Below, piece by piece: positions 1 through 9,317 of a stretch of DNA of 64,000 nt. Numbering within the stretch: position 1 is the stretch's first letter; each line of letters starts with the position of its first letter. The DNA is taken from contig CALVNL010000003.1 of assembly GCA_944349655.1 (NCBI GenBank), forward strand, positions 15,252 to 79,251. Reading direction: 5' to 3'. The translations under genes were made by a program, and so were the position numbers. This DNA is from an uncultured Clostridia bacterium. Lineage in GTDB: Bacteria > Bacillota > Clostridia > Christensenellales > DTU072. The notes beneath the pieces are model-generated. The model saw only the letters and a list, made by a program, of their open reading frames with translations, did no database searches and was not told where the DNA came from.

Positions 1-3000
1 CGGTTATTGTTACATTTATATTGCTGATATGAAGGTTTACACAAACAATTCCATACCCGCCGTCATATCCGTTAGCACCGTCACCTCCGTTCGCACCGAT
101 GTTGTTATCTGCGGCTGTATTAGAATAGCCGATACCGCCTGTTCCTGTATTTCCTATCCCGCCCCATACGGTTAGACTTGCTCCGCTTTCACCTGTAATA
201 TTGAGTGTATTAGTGTAAATTCCGGCAGAAGAATAATCTAATATCGGACCATTCGTAGACAATACCCCTCCGGTAATTACGTTTGTTCCTTTACAATACA
301 GGTTGATTGTTGCATAATTCCCAATAATTCCGTTAGTTGTATTTGTAGCTATACTGTAATAATTTATTAAAATAATTGTTATAGGAGTGTTTCTGCTTAA
401 CACCTCTATCCGCTGAAAATTATTCGCAAACAACGCTAAACCCGTAGTATTTGAATGATCTTCGAACGTTATAACATTTACGCTGGAGGCGATTTTGTAT
501 AGGGCACCTTTTATCGGATTACTGCAATCTACATAAACGGCATAATCCGAAAAAGTCATTGTACCTGAATAATTATTTGAAATTATATAAGATGAACGAC
601 TGAATTGTGCCGTGCAAACCAAATTTTCCGAATTTACGTTAGAATAACTACAATCCCAACCATCGAATTTATAACCCAATCTGGATACCGCAGGGGGAGT
701 GGCGTTACCGCCGTAAAGCACATATTCGGTTTTCAAAACGCTTCCGTCAAAGTTTTTGAATTTAACTTCGCACCGTCTTCTTAGCAACGCATATAAGATA
801 AGAGCGTTTGACGAGAACAATTCGAGATCTTGTCCCGGCGTAAAATCGTAAATAGTCGAAGAATCGTACGGACCGTCGGGAGTAGCTGCAGACGGCGCCA
901 AAGAATCTAACGATTGGGTGCTCCATTTCACGAAATCACAGTGAAGATCGGCGATGTATCCGAGTTCGGGGAGCAAATCTCCATAGGTATAGGTGCCTGA
1001 AATAGCGTTTTGTAGCTGATTATTCAAATATAATTTGATATAATATGTCTCCGGCTCATACAAGGCATAAAGATAATAAGAATCCGCATCCGAAGAAAGC
1101 GGGGCATTCGACGGACCGGGTAAATTATCTGCATTATCGAATTCCCCCGTAACCGTGACGGTATTCCCGTCTTCACCCATATACGGAACGGTAAAACTCG
1201 TATGTTCGCCTGTCGTCGCTCCGTTTGACGGTCCATCTATACCGCCGCTACCTGCAGAGGGATCCGTAAAAGAAAAACCTACCAAGGTGTAACCGGTGCG
1301 AAATCCTAATCCGTGCGATTTGAACTCCTGGATCAACAAAGACTTGTTTATTTGATCTCCGTATCTGATCCACTGAACACTGCCGGATAATGCGGGAAGC
1401 GAATCGTTATCCAAATAAATCCACCAACCGCCGTTTTCTTCCACTTTTAATTCATATCTGTTGGGTGCCCATTCCGCTTTAATCGTCCAACCGCTTGTAG
1501 CCGTGAGATCGTTGTTTAATTGCCATGATGTGGTTGACGCAAGGTATGATCCTTCATTGGTGAGATTATTCCAACCGCTCAGATAATATCCTTCTTTTAC
1601 AGGGGTCGGAAAAGAAAAATAATCGTGGTAAATGACGCTTTGAGTAACATCGGCTTCACCGTTATCAAGCACGAATGTAACCGGATACTTATAAAATGCG
1701 TATAAATTTATATCCTGTTCGGCGCTAAGAATAGTTGTTTTTCCGCTAAAAGAGTTTGAATTATCGCTCCAACCTGCAAAAGTGAGATCGGATCTCGGAG
1801 ACGCGACGTTTATTGTGAGAGGCAGATCTTCGTCTATAAACTCTTGTGTGACGTAATAATCGGGATCGGTAATGTCGTAATAGCGCACATTACAGATATT
1901 ATAAAAAGGTCCGTTATATGCTTTCAGATAAGACAAATTTTCTTCATAAAGATTACGATATGAATAAGGAACATATATTTTTAACGCCATATTGCCTGTT
2001 CCGTCGGTCAACAATCCTTCGACCGTAGGAGTAATCTGTCCTCGGAACTCCACCCTTTCGATACTTACGCAATCTTCTAAAATTCTTCCTTCTATATATT
2101 GCAATCCTGCGGGAAAACGGATACTGTGCACTGTGCTCCCCTTAAAAGCTTTCGAAAAGATACGTGTTACGTTCGAAGGTACGGTTATGTCCGTAACCCC
2201 CTCCACGTCTTTGTATCTTACCAAACGGTTGTTCAATATAAAGAAACCGTTCACACAATTTGCGTTAAGCCACGATGTCCCTTCAAAAGCGCACTCTCCT
2301 ACGCTTTCTACGGCAGAAGAATAGTTGACCGTGCTCAGTCCGCTTTGATAAAAAGCATACTTGCCTATTTTCTTTACGCCCGGCAAACTTATAGTCGTAA
2401 ACAAATTGTTGCCGTAAAACGCAAAATCGGCAATTTCCTCGACAGACGAAGGTAAAGTTAAACTGCTTCCCGTTCCGCCGTACTTTATCAATACTTTTTG
2501 AAGCTTATCATATAAACTCCCCTCTGAAGACATAAAATAAGCGTTTCCGCTATCGACCGTAAAGGCAACCGAATTTTTTCCGAAAGCCAGTTCTCCTATT
2601 TCAGAAACATTTTCTCCGATCCCTACGGTACTGAGAGCGCATTCGAGAAACGCTCTTTCCCCTATTTTGATCAAAGTAGAGGGTAAAGAAACGGCTGTTA
2701 AACTTCCGCAACCTAAGAAAGCTTCGGCGCCTATTTCTTCCAATCCGCTCGGCAGAACGACGCTACTTATCGACTTTTCCTTAAAAGCACCTTCCCCTAT
2801 CTTGACTACCGTGTAATTCAAGATTTCGTCCGGCAATACCAAAGCGCCGTTATCGGACAAATTCAAATTCCTGACCCCGGTTATGGTAGCGGTTTTATTC
2901 AGATCGTCTAAAATAAAGTTATAATCGAGCATGTTCGGATTATTGATCTCTATTGTTTCCATGATCTTATTTATAAAATCTACGTCCATCGTTTGCAGAT

Positions 3001-4978
3001 AATGCGCAACGGGGAAAGGTATGTTGCCGAGAGAACTTTTGTTCAATTTAATTTCTTTATCGGAAAAAATCTTCCCCGTATGTTCAAATTTTTCATATCC
3101 TTGTGCGATTTGTGAATCGTAACCTACCAAAAAGTCGCTCATAAAAAGGATTTCGTCAGTAAAAAACAGATTAGCTCCGTCATTATTGAATTCCGTATAA
3201 TCCCTCAATTTTACGTCGTCCAAGAATTGAGAAATAGCCTGATTATTGACCTGGTCGAAAATAGCCGCCGTTGCCATACCTGCGCCGATCAACCCGGGGA
3301 CGAAAACCGACGGATAGGTAGCGATTACCAACCCCGTTACTTCTACAGCCGTAACGGCGAGAGCCGTCGGTAAACAAGCCATCACCTTCGCAACGGTATC
3401 GGCGAATTTCCCCACCTTGACGATATCGTTTTTAGCATTGGTTAAATCTTCTAAAAATTTATCGACTTTGCCGGTTTTGCTTAAGAAATATCCTACCGTC
3501 CTGTTTGCCGTATTTTCAAACAGTTCGTCGTCGGAAAAAAATTTCGAGAGGACAGAATATACTGTTTTCGCCGCTTGTTTATTAATGGTTAAGATAATAT
3601 TTGAATTCAGAATGGAATCCAAACTTTCTCCGAAGGTCTGACCTGTGGGATACATATCTTTATATGTATCGTAACAAGATTTAAGCGTGTTTAATCCAAA
3701 TATAATAAATGAACTTACACCAAATTTTGTAACCTCGTTCCCGTCAGACTCATTCTCGATCCACTCCTTTACTATATTTGAATCTAAGTGCTTTAAAATA
3801 AGATAAAAATAGTTATTGACTAATTTGCCTAAAAATTCAACGTCTTCCAATAACTCGACGACAGGCTTGTGATAATCGACTCCGTCGCTGTCTTTCGATA
3901 TTGTGTAGAGCCTTGATAAGAGTTTATACTCATTTTCTCCGAGATATTTTTCTGTCAATTCTCTTTTTGATTTAAACAAAAGTACCAAATAATCGTCCAT
4001 ATCCATTTCCGTTTCTATCCCTTCGGCAATACTCGCAAACCTGCTTATTTCGGCAAAATGACTCCTGTCAATTGCACCCGCGAAAGAATAGGCTTTGATA
4101 TCGGGATTTTGAACGACGGTCACGTTATTCCAAGCGGACTTTAATTGCGAAAGTAACGACGAGTTCCCGTCCGCAAACTCATAGATATTGCTTCCGCCCA
4201 ATATCTCTTCCGGTTTTTGCAAATTAGCTCCGTATTGTTTCAGCATTTGAAAGAGCTTTAGAGTGTCCGCTCCGTTATGGGGCGTTCCTATATTATAGAG
4301 TGCGTTAACAGCGGTAGGGTGGTCGTTGGCATATTTAATCCCCAGCAATCCCCCTCTGCCGTGTCCGATAATGTTAACGGAGGCATTAAGCGCTGTGGAT
4401 TTTTTCAAGTCATACAGAACCAGTGTGATAAGTTTGTTTAATTCGGCATAAGCCAAAGCGAAATTACCCTTTTTTTTCGAAAAATTTATTAGTATAACTA
4501 TATGCTCCACACCGTTGTCGGAAAAGTTCGAAAATACTCCTTCGGAACTTTTAATTTCGTCTTTTTCTAAAACGAAATCTTCATTTTGAAGAAGTTTTAT
4601 GTACAAATCGGAATTTTCGAAAAAAGCCGAATACAGCTGAACGTTGCTATGTGTCGAAGCCATTTGTTCGGGCAGATACTCGGCGTTGTAAGAAAAACCG
4701 CCCTTAAAATAATTGTTACTCCACACCGATGCGTTTTCGTTGATATCCGGGACTAATACCGTCAACATCGGGACTTTTGCGGATATCGACGGATAAGCGA
4801 TTACCGATGATTTTTGCGACAGCGTCAAATTCGGATCTGTTCCCGTAAAGGCGGATATGTCGATATCCGCTTTTGCCGCATTCGGCTGAGTCGGTATGCC
4901 GATAATCGTCATTACCGCAAATAAAATCAGAAAAACCGCGATCATAACTGCTAAACTTTTGTTTCTTTTCGTTTTCAT
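1..4978 (-). CDS. Large secreted surface protein, 1659 codons visible, C-terminus runs off the window start. Contains a signal peptide, a lipase-like alpha/beta-hydrolase domain with a degenerate nucleophile motif, BspA-type leucine-rich repeats and Listeria-Bacteroides (InlB B-repeat-like) modules
   Basis: Absent from the ORF track because no stop lies in the window. My own reverse-complement translation starts at the ATG at 4978 (GGAG at 4986-4990). It reads MKTKRNKSLAVMIAVFLILFAVMTIIGIPTQPNA and is still open at nt 2 (last codons NLHISNINVTIT). Motifs read: NIIGHGRGGLLG..IGTPHNG (lipase-like); repeated VVKIGEGAFKE..VVLPSGLEEIGAEAF (LRR); GYYLSGW, GYTLVGF, GYKFDGW repeats. I did not translate every codon of the middle. 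Confidence 0.8.
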   Translation of the reverse strand, partial: MKTKRNKSLAVMIAVFLILFAVMTIIGIPTQPNAAKADIDISAFTGTDPNLTLSQKSSVIAYPSISAKVPMLTVLVPDINENASVWSNNYFKGGFSYNAEYLPEQMASTHSNVQLYSAFFENSDLYIKLLQNEDFVLEKDEIKSSEGVFSNFSDNGVEHIVILINFSKKKGNFALAYAELNKLITLVLYDLKKSTALNASVNIIGHGRGGLLGIKYANDHPTAVNALYNIGTPHNGADTLKLFQMLKQYGANLQKPEEILGGSNIYEFADGNSSLLSQLKSAWNNVTVVQNPDIKAYSFAGAIDRSHFAEISRFASIAEGIETEMDMDDYLVLLFKSKRELTEKYLGENEYKLLSRLYTISKDSDGVDYHKPVVELLEDVEFLGKLVNNYFYLILKHLDSNIVKEWIENESDGNEVTKFGVSSFIIFGLNTLKSCYDTYKDMYPTGQTFGESLDSILNSNIILTINKQAAKTVYSVLSKFFSDDELFENTANRTVGYFLSKTGKVDKFLEDLTNAKNDIVKVGKFADTVAKVMACLPTALAVTAVEVTGLVIATYPSVFVPGLIGAGMATAAIFDQVNNQAISQFLDDVKLRDYTEFNNDGANLFFTDEILFMSDFLVGYDSQIAQGYEKFEHTGKIFSDKEIKLNKSSLGNIPFPVAHYLQTMDVDFINKIMETIEINNPNMLDYNFILDDLNKTATITGVRNLNLSDNGALVLPDEILNYTVVKIGEGAFKEKSISSVVLPSGLEEIGAEAFLGCGSLTAVSLPSTLIKIGERAFLECALSTVGIGENVSEIGELAFGKNSVAFTVDSGNAYFMSSEGSLYDKLQKVLIKYGGTGSSLTLPSSVEEIADFAFYGNNLFTTISLPGVKKIGKYAFYQSGLSTVNYSSAVESVGECAFEGTSWLNANCVNGFFILNNRLVRYKDVEGVTDITVPSNVTRIFSKAFKGSTVHSIRFPAGLQYIEGRILEDCVSIERVEFRGQITPTVEGLLTDGTGNMALKIYVPYSYRNLYEENLSYLKAYNGPFYNICNVRYYDITDPDYYVTQEFIDEDLPLTINVASPRSDLTFAGWSDNSNSFSGKTTILSAEQDINLYAFYKYPVTFVLDNGEADVTQSVIYHDYFSFPTPVKEGYYLSGWNNLTNEGSYLASTTSWQLNNDLTATSGWTIKAEWAPNRYELKVEENGGWWIYLDNDSLPALSGSVQWIRYGDQINKSLLIQEFKSHGLGFRTGYTLVGFSFTDPSAGSGGIDGPSNGATTGEHTSFTVPYMGEDGNTVTVTGEFDNADNLPGPSNAPLSSDADSYYLYALYEPETYYIKLYLNNQLQNAISGTYTYGDLLPELGYIADLHCDFVKWSTQSLDSLAPSAATPDGPYDSSTIYDFTPGQDLELFSSNALILYALLRRRCEVKFKNFDGSVLKTEYVLYGGNATPPAVSRLGYKFDGWDCSYSNVNSENLVCTAQFSRSSYIISNNYSGTMTFSDYAVYVDCSNPIKGALYKIASSVNVITFEDHSNTTGLALFANNFQRIEVLSRNTPITIILINYYSIATNTTNGIIGNYATINLYCKGTNVITGGVLSTNGPILDYSSAGIYTNTLNITGESGASLTVWGGIGNTGTGGIGYSNTAADNNIGANGGDGANGYDGGYGIVCVNLHISNINVTIT

Positions 4979-4989
4979 ATTTATACTCC

Positions 4990-5721
4990 TTATTTGTTTT
5001 CTCTCCACCCTGCATAGAGATACACGATCTCTTCGTCGTCTTTGACGTATCCGTCAAGACTGATACCGTTGACGCATTCCGCTTCCGCATACCACCCGAC
5101 GAAAGTATATCCCTCTCTTTTGGGCGTTTCGGGTATGACCTCCAACGTCTCCCCGACGTCCAGATCGTCTATGAAAAACACTCCTTTATTCGGCGCCTCG
5201 TCGTAGTTATACATATATTGCATATTGGCAAAGGTATAAACCGTAGGATTGGGAATGTTCTCTTGATAACTTTCCAGCGCCTCGGTCGCTATATAGAAAT
5301 CGGGTTCCATGATCATTCCGCGACGATATTCGCAGGAAACATACAAAACTTTTAAATCATCAGGCCAATCGTTGACAAACATGGAACCGGGTGCTATTCC
5401 ACCGAATGAATTTATTCTTGTCATATTATATGAAACGATTATTTTCCTCACGTTGGGCGCTGTTGCAATTCCTGTATATTTTGTAACCGGTATCCCGTCT
5501 ATTTCTAAAGGAATTACAATATTTTTCAATTTCGTACCCTTTTCTGTCAAACCGTCTATGAAAACTACTTCATAATCTTTGCCGTAATAGATATGATATC
5601 TGAAATACTCGCTTTCAAAATTATTGTCTTTATCGCCACAACCGTACAAAACCGCCGTCGATAACACTATCAGCACGAACACAAGCAGAATACTCGTTAT
5701 TTTCTTTGATTGACTTTTCAT
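4990..5721 (-). CDS. Lipoprotein, tandem paralog 1 of 3 (LRR-like N-half, Listeria-Bacteroides repeat C-half)
   Basis: ORF 4990..5760 trimmed to the internal ATG (MKSQSKKITSILLVFVLIVLSTAVLYGC, lipobox-like LYGC). An AAGGAGA RBS precedes it. C-terminal REGYTFVGWYAEAEC..YLYAGW. Confidence 0.75.
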   Translation of the reverse strand: MKSQSKKITSILLVFVLIVLSTAVLYGCGDKDNNFESEYFRYHIYYGKDYEVVFIDGLTEKGTKLKNIVIPLEIDGIPVTKYTGIATAPNVRKIIVSYNMTRINSFGGIAPGSMFVNDWPDDLKVLYVSCEYRRGMIMEPDFYIATEALESYQENIPNPTVYTFANMQYMYNYDEAPNKGVFFIDDLDVGETLEVIPETPKREGYTFVGWYAEAECVNGISLDGYVKDDEEIVYLYAGWRENK

Positions 5722-5738
5722 TTCTTTTCTCCTTGCTC

Positions 5739-6476
5739 TCATATTGTGTTTTCTCTCCACCCTGCATAGAGATACACGATTTCTTCGTCGTCTTTGACGT
5801 ATCCGTCAAGACTGATGCCGTTGACGCATTCCGCTTCCGCATACCACCCTACGAAAGTATATCCCTCCCTTTTGGGTGTTTCGGGTATGACCTCCAACGT
5901 CTCCCCGACGTCCAGATCGTCTATGAAAAACACTCCTTTATTCGGCGCTTCGGCGTAGTTGTACATATATTGCATATTGGCAAAGGTATAAACCGTAGGA
6001 TTGGGTATGTTCTCTTGATAACTTTCCAACGCCTCGGTCGCTATATAGAAATCGGGTTCCATTATCATTCCGCGACGATATTCGCAGGAAACGTATAATA
6101 CTTTTAAGTTCGGGAGAAATCCGTTAACGAATAAAGAGCCGGGTACTAACCCACCAAAAAATGCATTAATGGTTGTAACATTATATGAAACGATTATTTT
6201 CCTCAAGTTAGGTGCTGTTGCACTTCCGTTACATGTTTTAACGGGTTTTCCGTCTATTTCTAAAGGAATTACAATATTTTTTAATTTTGCTCCCTTTTCT
6301 GTCAAACCTTGAATAAGAACAACTTCTCCACCGTTAAAAGGAACGGTTCGACACCTGAAATACTCGGTTTCAAAATCATTGTCTTCATCGACGCAACCGT
6401 ACAAAACCGCCGTCGATAACACTATCAGCACGAACACAAGCACAATACTCGTTATTTCCTTTGATTTACTTTTCAT
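5739..6476 (-). CDS. Lipoprotein, tandem paralog 2 of 3
   Basis: ORF 5739..6515 trimmed to MKSKSKEITSIVLVFVLIVLSTAVLYGC. Same architecture as its neighbours; the C-terminal ~115 aa are nearly identical to paralogs 1 and 3. Confidence 0.75.
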   Translation of the reverse strand: MKSKSKEITSIVLVFVLIVLSTAVLYGCVDEDNDFETEYFRCRTVPFNGGEVVLIQGLTEKGAKLKNIVIPLEIDGKPVKTCNGSATAPNLRKIIVSYNVTTINAFFGGLVPGSLFVNGFLPNLKVLYVSCEYRRGMIMEPDFYIATEALESYQENIPNPTVYTFANMQYMYNYAEAPNKGVFFIDDLDVGETLEVIPETPKREGYTFVGWYAEAECVNGISLDGYVKDDEEIVYLYAGWRENTI

Positions 6477-6493
6477 TTCTTTTCTCCTTGCTC

Positions 6494-7228
6494 TCATATT
6501 GTGTTTTCTCTCCACCCTGCATAGAGATACACTATCTCTTCATCGTTTTTGACGTATCCGTCAAGACTGATACCGTTGACGCATTCCGCTTCCGCATACC
6601 ACCCGACGAAAGTATATCCCTCTCTTTTGGGTGTTTCGGGTATGACCTCCAACGCCTCACCGATGTCCAGATCGTCTATGAAAAAAACTCCTTTATTCGG
6701 TGCCTCGTCGTAGTTGTACATATATTGCATATTGGCAAAGGTATAAACCGTAGGATTGGGTATGTTCTCTTGATAACTTTCTAAAGCCTCGGTCGCTATA
6801 TAGAAATCGGGTTCCATCATCATTCCGCGACGATATTCGCAGGAAACGTATAGAACTTTTAAGTTCGGGGGAAATCCGTTAACGAACAAAGAACCGGGTA
6901 CTATTCCTCCGAATGAATTAATGGTTGCACAGTTATATGTCACGATTATTTTCCTTACGTTGGGCGCTATTGCACTCCCGTTATACGCTTTGACAGGTTT
7001 TCCGTCTATTTCTAAAGGAATTACAATATTTTTCAGTTTCGTACCCTTTTCTGTCAAACCGTCTATAAAAATCGCATCATAATCTTTAGCCTGGACAATA
7101 TGATATCTGAAATACTCGGTTTCAAAATTATTGTCTTCATCGACGCACCCGTACAAAACCGCCGTCGATAATAATATCAGCACGAACACAAGCACAATAC
7201 TCGTTATTTTCTTTGCTATACTTTTCAT
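6494..7228 (-). CDS. Lipoprotein, tandem paralog 3 of 3
   Basis: ORF track 244 aa, MKSIAKKITSIVLVFVLILLSTAVLYGC. Same architecture. Confidence 0.75.
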   Translation of the reverse strand: MKSIAKKITSIVLVFVLILLSTAVLYGCVDEDNNFETEYFRYHIVQAKDYDAIFIDGLTEKGTKLKNIVIPLEIDGKPVKAYNGSAIAPNVRKIIVTYNCATINSFGGIVPGSLFVNGFPPNLKVLYVSCEYRRGMMMEPDFYIATEALESYQENIPNPTVYTFANMQYMYNYDEAPNKGVFFIDDLDIGEALEVIPETPKREGYTFVGWYAEAECVNGISLDGYVKNDEEIVYLYAGWRENTI

Positions 7229-7387
7229 TTTTCTCCTGATTTTTAGACCTTTATACTTTTATCCGCGACTTATAAATATCGATTATTATTTTTGAATATC
7301 CTTTTATATATTAGTTACAATTTACACGGTAAAAAGTGACAACGTCTTTTAAATTTATAAAAAAATTTTCGTTTTTCCATAAGCGAC

Positions 7388-7415
7388 AAAAAAGAAGTGT
7401 CCGTAAAACACTTCT
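7388..7415 (-). terminator. Rho-independent terminator ending the sigma/peptidase/membrane-protein operon
   Basis: On the plus strand: A-run, then AGAAGTGT (7393-7400), 7-nt loop, ACACTTCT (7408-7415). On the minus strand this is a stem followed by a T-run, 33 nt after the stop at 7448. Confidence 0.65.
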
Positions 7416-7447
7416 TTCAATTCATTCTTTTTATAATTTATATATTT

Positions 7448-8116
7448 TTATTTTTTTTCTATTATTCTGTTCAACTGTTCGATGAAATGACTATCTTCAT
7501 CGAAACTAATAATTTCAGCCGTTATATAAACTGTTTCTTCTTCAATATTTATTTCCCCTTTTACAGTAAAAAAATAGAGTCCTTCGTCTTCTGAATATGT
7601 TTCAACGTATTCGATTGCGTATCCGATAACGGTATCTCTTTTTATATACTCTTTATGCTCAAATTCAATATTATAATTCGGATTAACTGCAACCACAAAA
7701 TCCATCTGATTCAGCCCGTCTTCGTCGACAAAATTTACCGAATAAAAAAGAGTTTCTCCGTAATCCTCGTCTTCGAATCTGTTTATACTATAATTACCAT
7801 TGACAAAAGTAAAATATTGTAACTCTTCGTTCAATGCTTCGACTGTTATATTTTGCGAGGATAAGTTTTCCTCTAAATACACTCTTGGAGCCGTATCGTT
7901 TGTTTCGTCTTCGGACCCTATAAAAAATACGCAAAGTAAAACAACCGCTATCGTGATAACGGAAAATACCGTGCCGACAATCAAAGGAATAAATTTCCTT
8001 TTATTCCATGTAACCGATCTCATTTCTTTTTGTTTTTCTTTTAACGTTATCAAAGATTCGGTCTTAGCCAAATTCTTCGTCTGCCTTGCTGCGTATTTTT
8101 TTAATTTCTTATTCAT
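7448..8116 (-). CDS. Single-pass membrane protein (basic cytoplasmic N-terminus, one TM, extracytoplasmic domain); possible anti-sigma factor
   Basis: 222-aa ORF with AAGGTGG RBS. The TM segment FIPLIVGTVFSVITIAVVLLCVFFI follows a ~40-aa K/R-rich N-terminus. Third gene of the sigma-factor operon. The function is an inference only. Confidence 0.6.
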   Translation of the reverse strand: MNKKLKKYAARQTKNLAKTESLITLKEKQKEMRSVTWNKRKFIPLIVGTVFSVITIAVVLLCVFFIGSEDETNDTAPRVYLEENLSSQNITVEALNEELQYFTFVNGNYSINRFEDEDYGETLFYSVNFVDEDGLNQMDFVVAVNPNYNIEFEHKEYIKRDTVIGYAIEYVETYSEDEGLYFFTVKGEINIEEETVYITAEIISFDEDSHFIEQLNRIIEKK

Positions 8117-8127
8117 TATACCACCTT

Positions 8128-9306
8128 TTATGATATCGATAATGCGTACGCGTCATCGATCTGCGTATTATAATTTATATTAAAATAGCCTCTTTTCCTA
8201 AGAAAGAAACCTGAAGCCACCGCTATGTATTTGTCTTGTCTCGTTCCTCCGCTTGTTAAAGCATAAGTTACCTCTTTATATCCGAAACCTGCCATTACAT
8301 GCGCTCCGCTTCCGATTTTATAAGTTAAGTAATCACTGTTTTCTTCGGTGTAAAAGTCGCTTACGGTATAAGTATATAGAAATAATGCCAAAGGTTCCCC
8401 CGCATTTAACTTTTGTTTAGCCGCCGTATAATTAAAAGTGCTGCCGCTCATGCAGGAACTAAACGTTGCCGTGTAACCTTTTCTCGTGCAAAAAGTGCTT
8501 ATTCCGTTCTTAAACTGCGCAACTGTAGTTCCCGATTGCGAGCTTCCCATATCGGAATATAACTGCGTAATCATATTATCCGTAGCCGAACTGCTTTCTT
8601 TATACAGATATAAACTGCCGACTGTTGTTCCCGGTGAATAATCGCCGATAAGATTTGTCTTATATCTGTCCCAATACTGAATTAAATTCCCCCCTGCAAT
8701 CGCCGCACACGCATTTGATAATCCGCCCACTTCATATAACCCGGGATGACGCTTTGCCAATTCATGTTTTACTTCCGTTCTTTCAGAATAATAAACATAT
8801 TCGGATAAACTTCCGTAAATCGTATCATCGGCGCAATAAGCGACTATACTTAATGCTGTTAATGTTTCGTCATCGATTAAAATCCCGTTATCCGCAAAAT
8901 AATAATTGTTATCGTAAAAATAAATATATATTAAAGTTGAAACGTAGATTCTTTGAGCCGCTTCGGGTATAACTTTATACGGGTTTTCCGTGTAAAAAAA
9001 GAATTCTGTCGCAACGAACTGTCCGTCTATGCTTATAATTATCGCATATCCTTGTTCTCCGTTACAGTTGAAATCGTATATAAATCCAAGCAAATTAAGG
9101 TTAATATCAAAAATAGGCTCTTTTGTAACCGTAACCGTCAGAAATTCCTCGTTTCCTTCATATAACTCGCTTATATTTTCCCAAAATACTAAATCGCATT
9201 CGTCGTTATCAAGTTCCTCCGCATAAGCAATACCGCCTATTGTAAATGCGGCTCCCATACAGATTATGATCGTCAAAATTGCCGCTAAAAAAAATATTTT
9301 TTTCAT
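8128..9306 (-). CDS. Secreted papain-like (C10/C1-like) putative cysteine peptidase
   Basis: ORF trimmed to MKKIFFLAAILTIIICMGAAF (GAGGAG RBS). Candidate catalytic Cys context GGLSNACAAIAGGNLIQYW; candidate His context SGAHVMAGFGY. Family assignment is from motif resemblance only. Confidence 0.5.
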   Translation of the reverse strand: MKKIFFLAAILTIIICMGAAFTIGGIAYAEELDNDECDLVFWENISELYEGNEEFLTVTVTKEPIFDINLNLLGFIYDFNCNGEQGYAIIISIDGQFVATEFFFYTENPYKVIPEAAQRIYVSTLIYIYFYDNNYYFADNGILIDDETLTALSIVAYCADDTIYGSLSEYVYYSERTEVKHELAKRHPGLYEVGGLSNACAAIAGGNLIQYWDRYKTNLIGDYSPGTTVGSLYLYKESSSATDNMITQLYSDMGSSQSGTTVAQFKNGISTFCTRKGYTATFSSCMSGSTFNYTAAKQKLNAGEPLALFLYTYTVSDFYTEENSDYLTYKIGSGAHVMAGFGYKEVTYALTSGGTRQDKYIAVASGFFLRKRGYFNINYNTQIDDAYALSIS

Positions 9307-9317
9307 AAACAAACTCC

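Larger units (their letters stand above)
4990..7228 (-). repeat. Tandem triplication of a ~750-bp gene unit (periods 749 and 755 bp)
   Basis: The 3' ~340 nt of each unit are near-identical by eye (a few mismatches). The 5' halves are clearly more diverged. Confidence 0.9.

Noticed and set aside
4716-5842. Repeated MRKRNAST.. ORFs (4716..5090, 5630..5842) and the MERKHNMRARRKE N-terminal extensions of the tandem lipoprotein ORFs.
   Set aside because: These are alternative-frame read-throughs of the preceding paralog's conserved 3' end. The real starts are the MKS.. ATGs with AAGGAGA RBSs, as shown by the third copy, which has no such extension.
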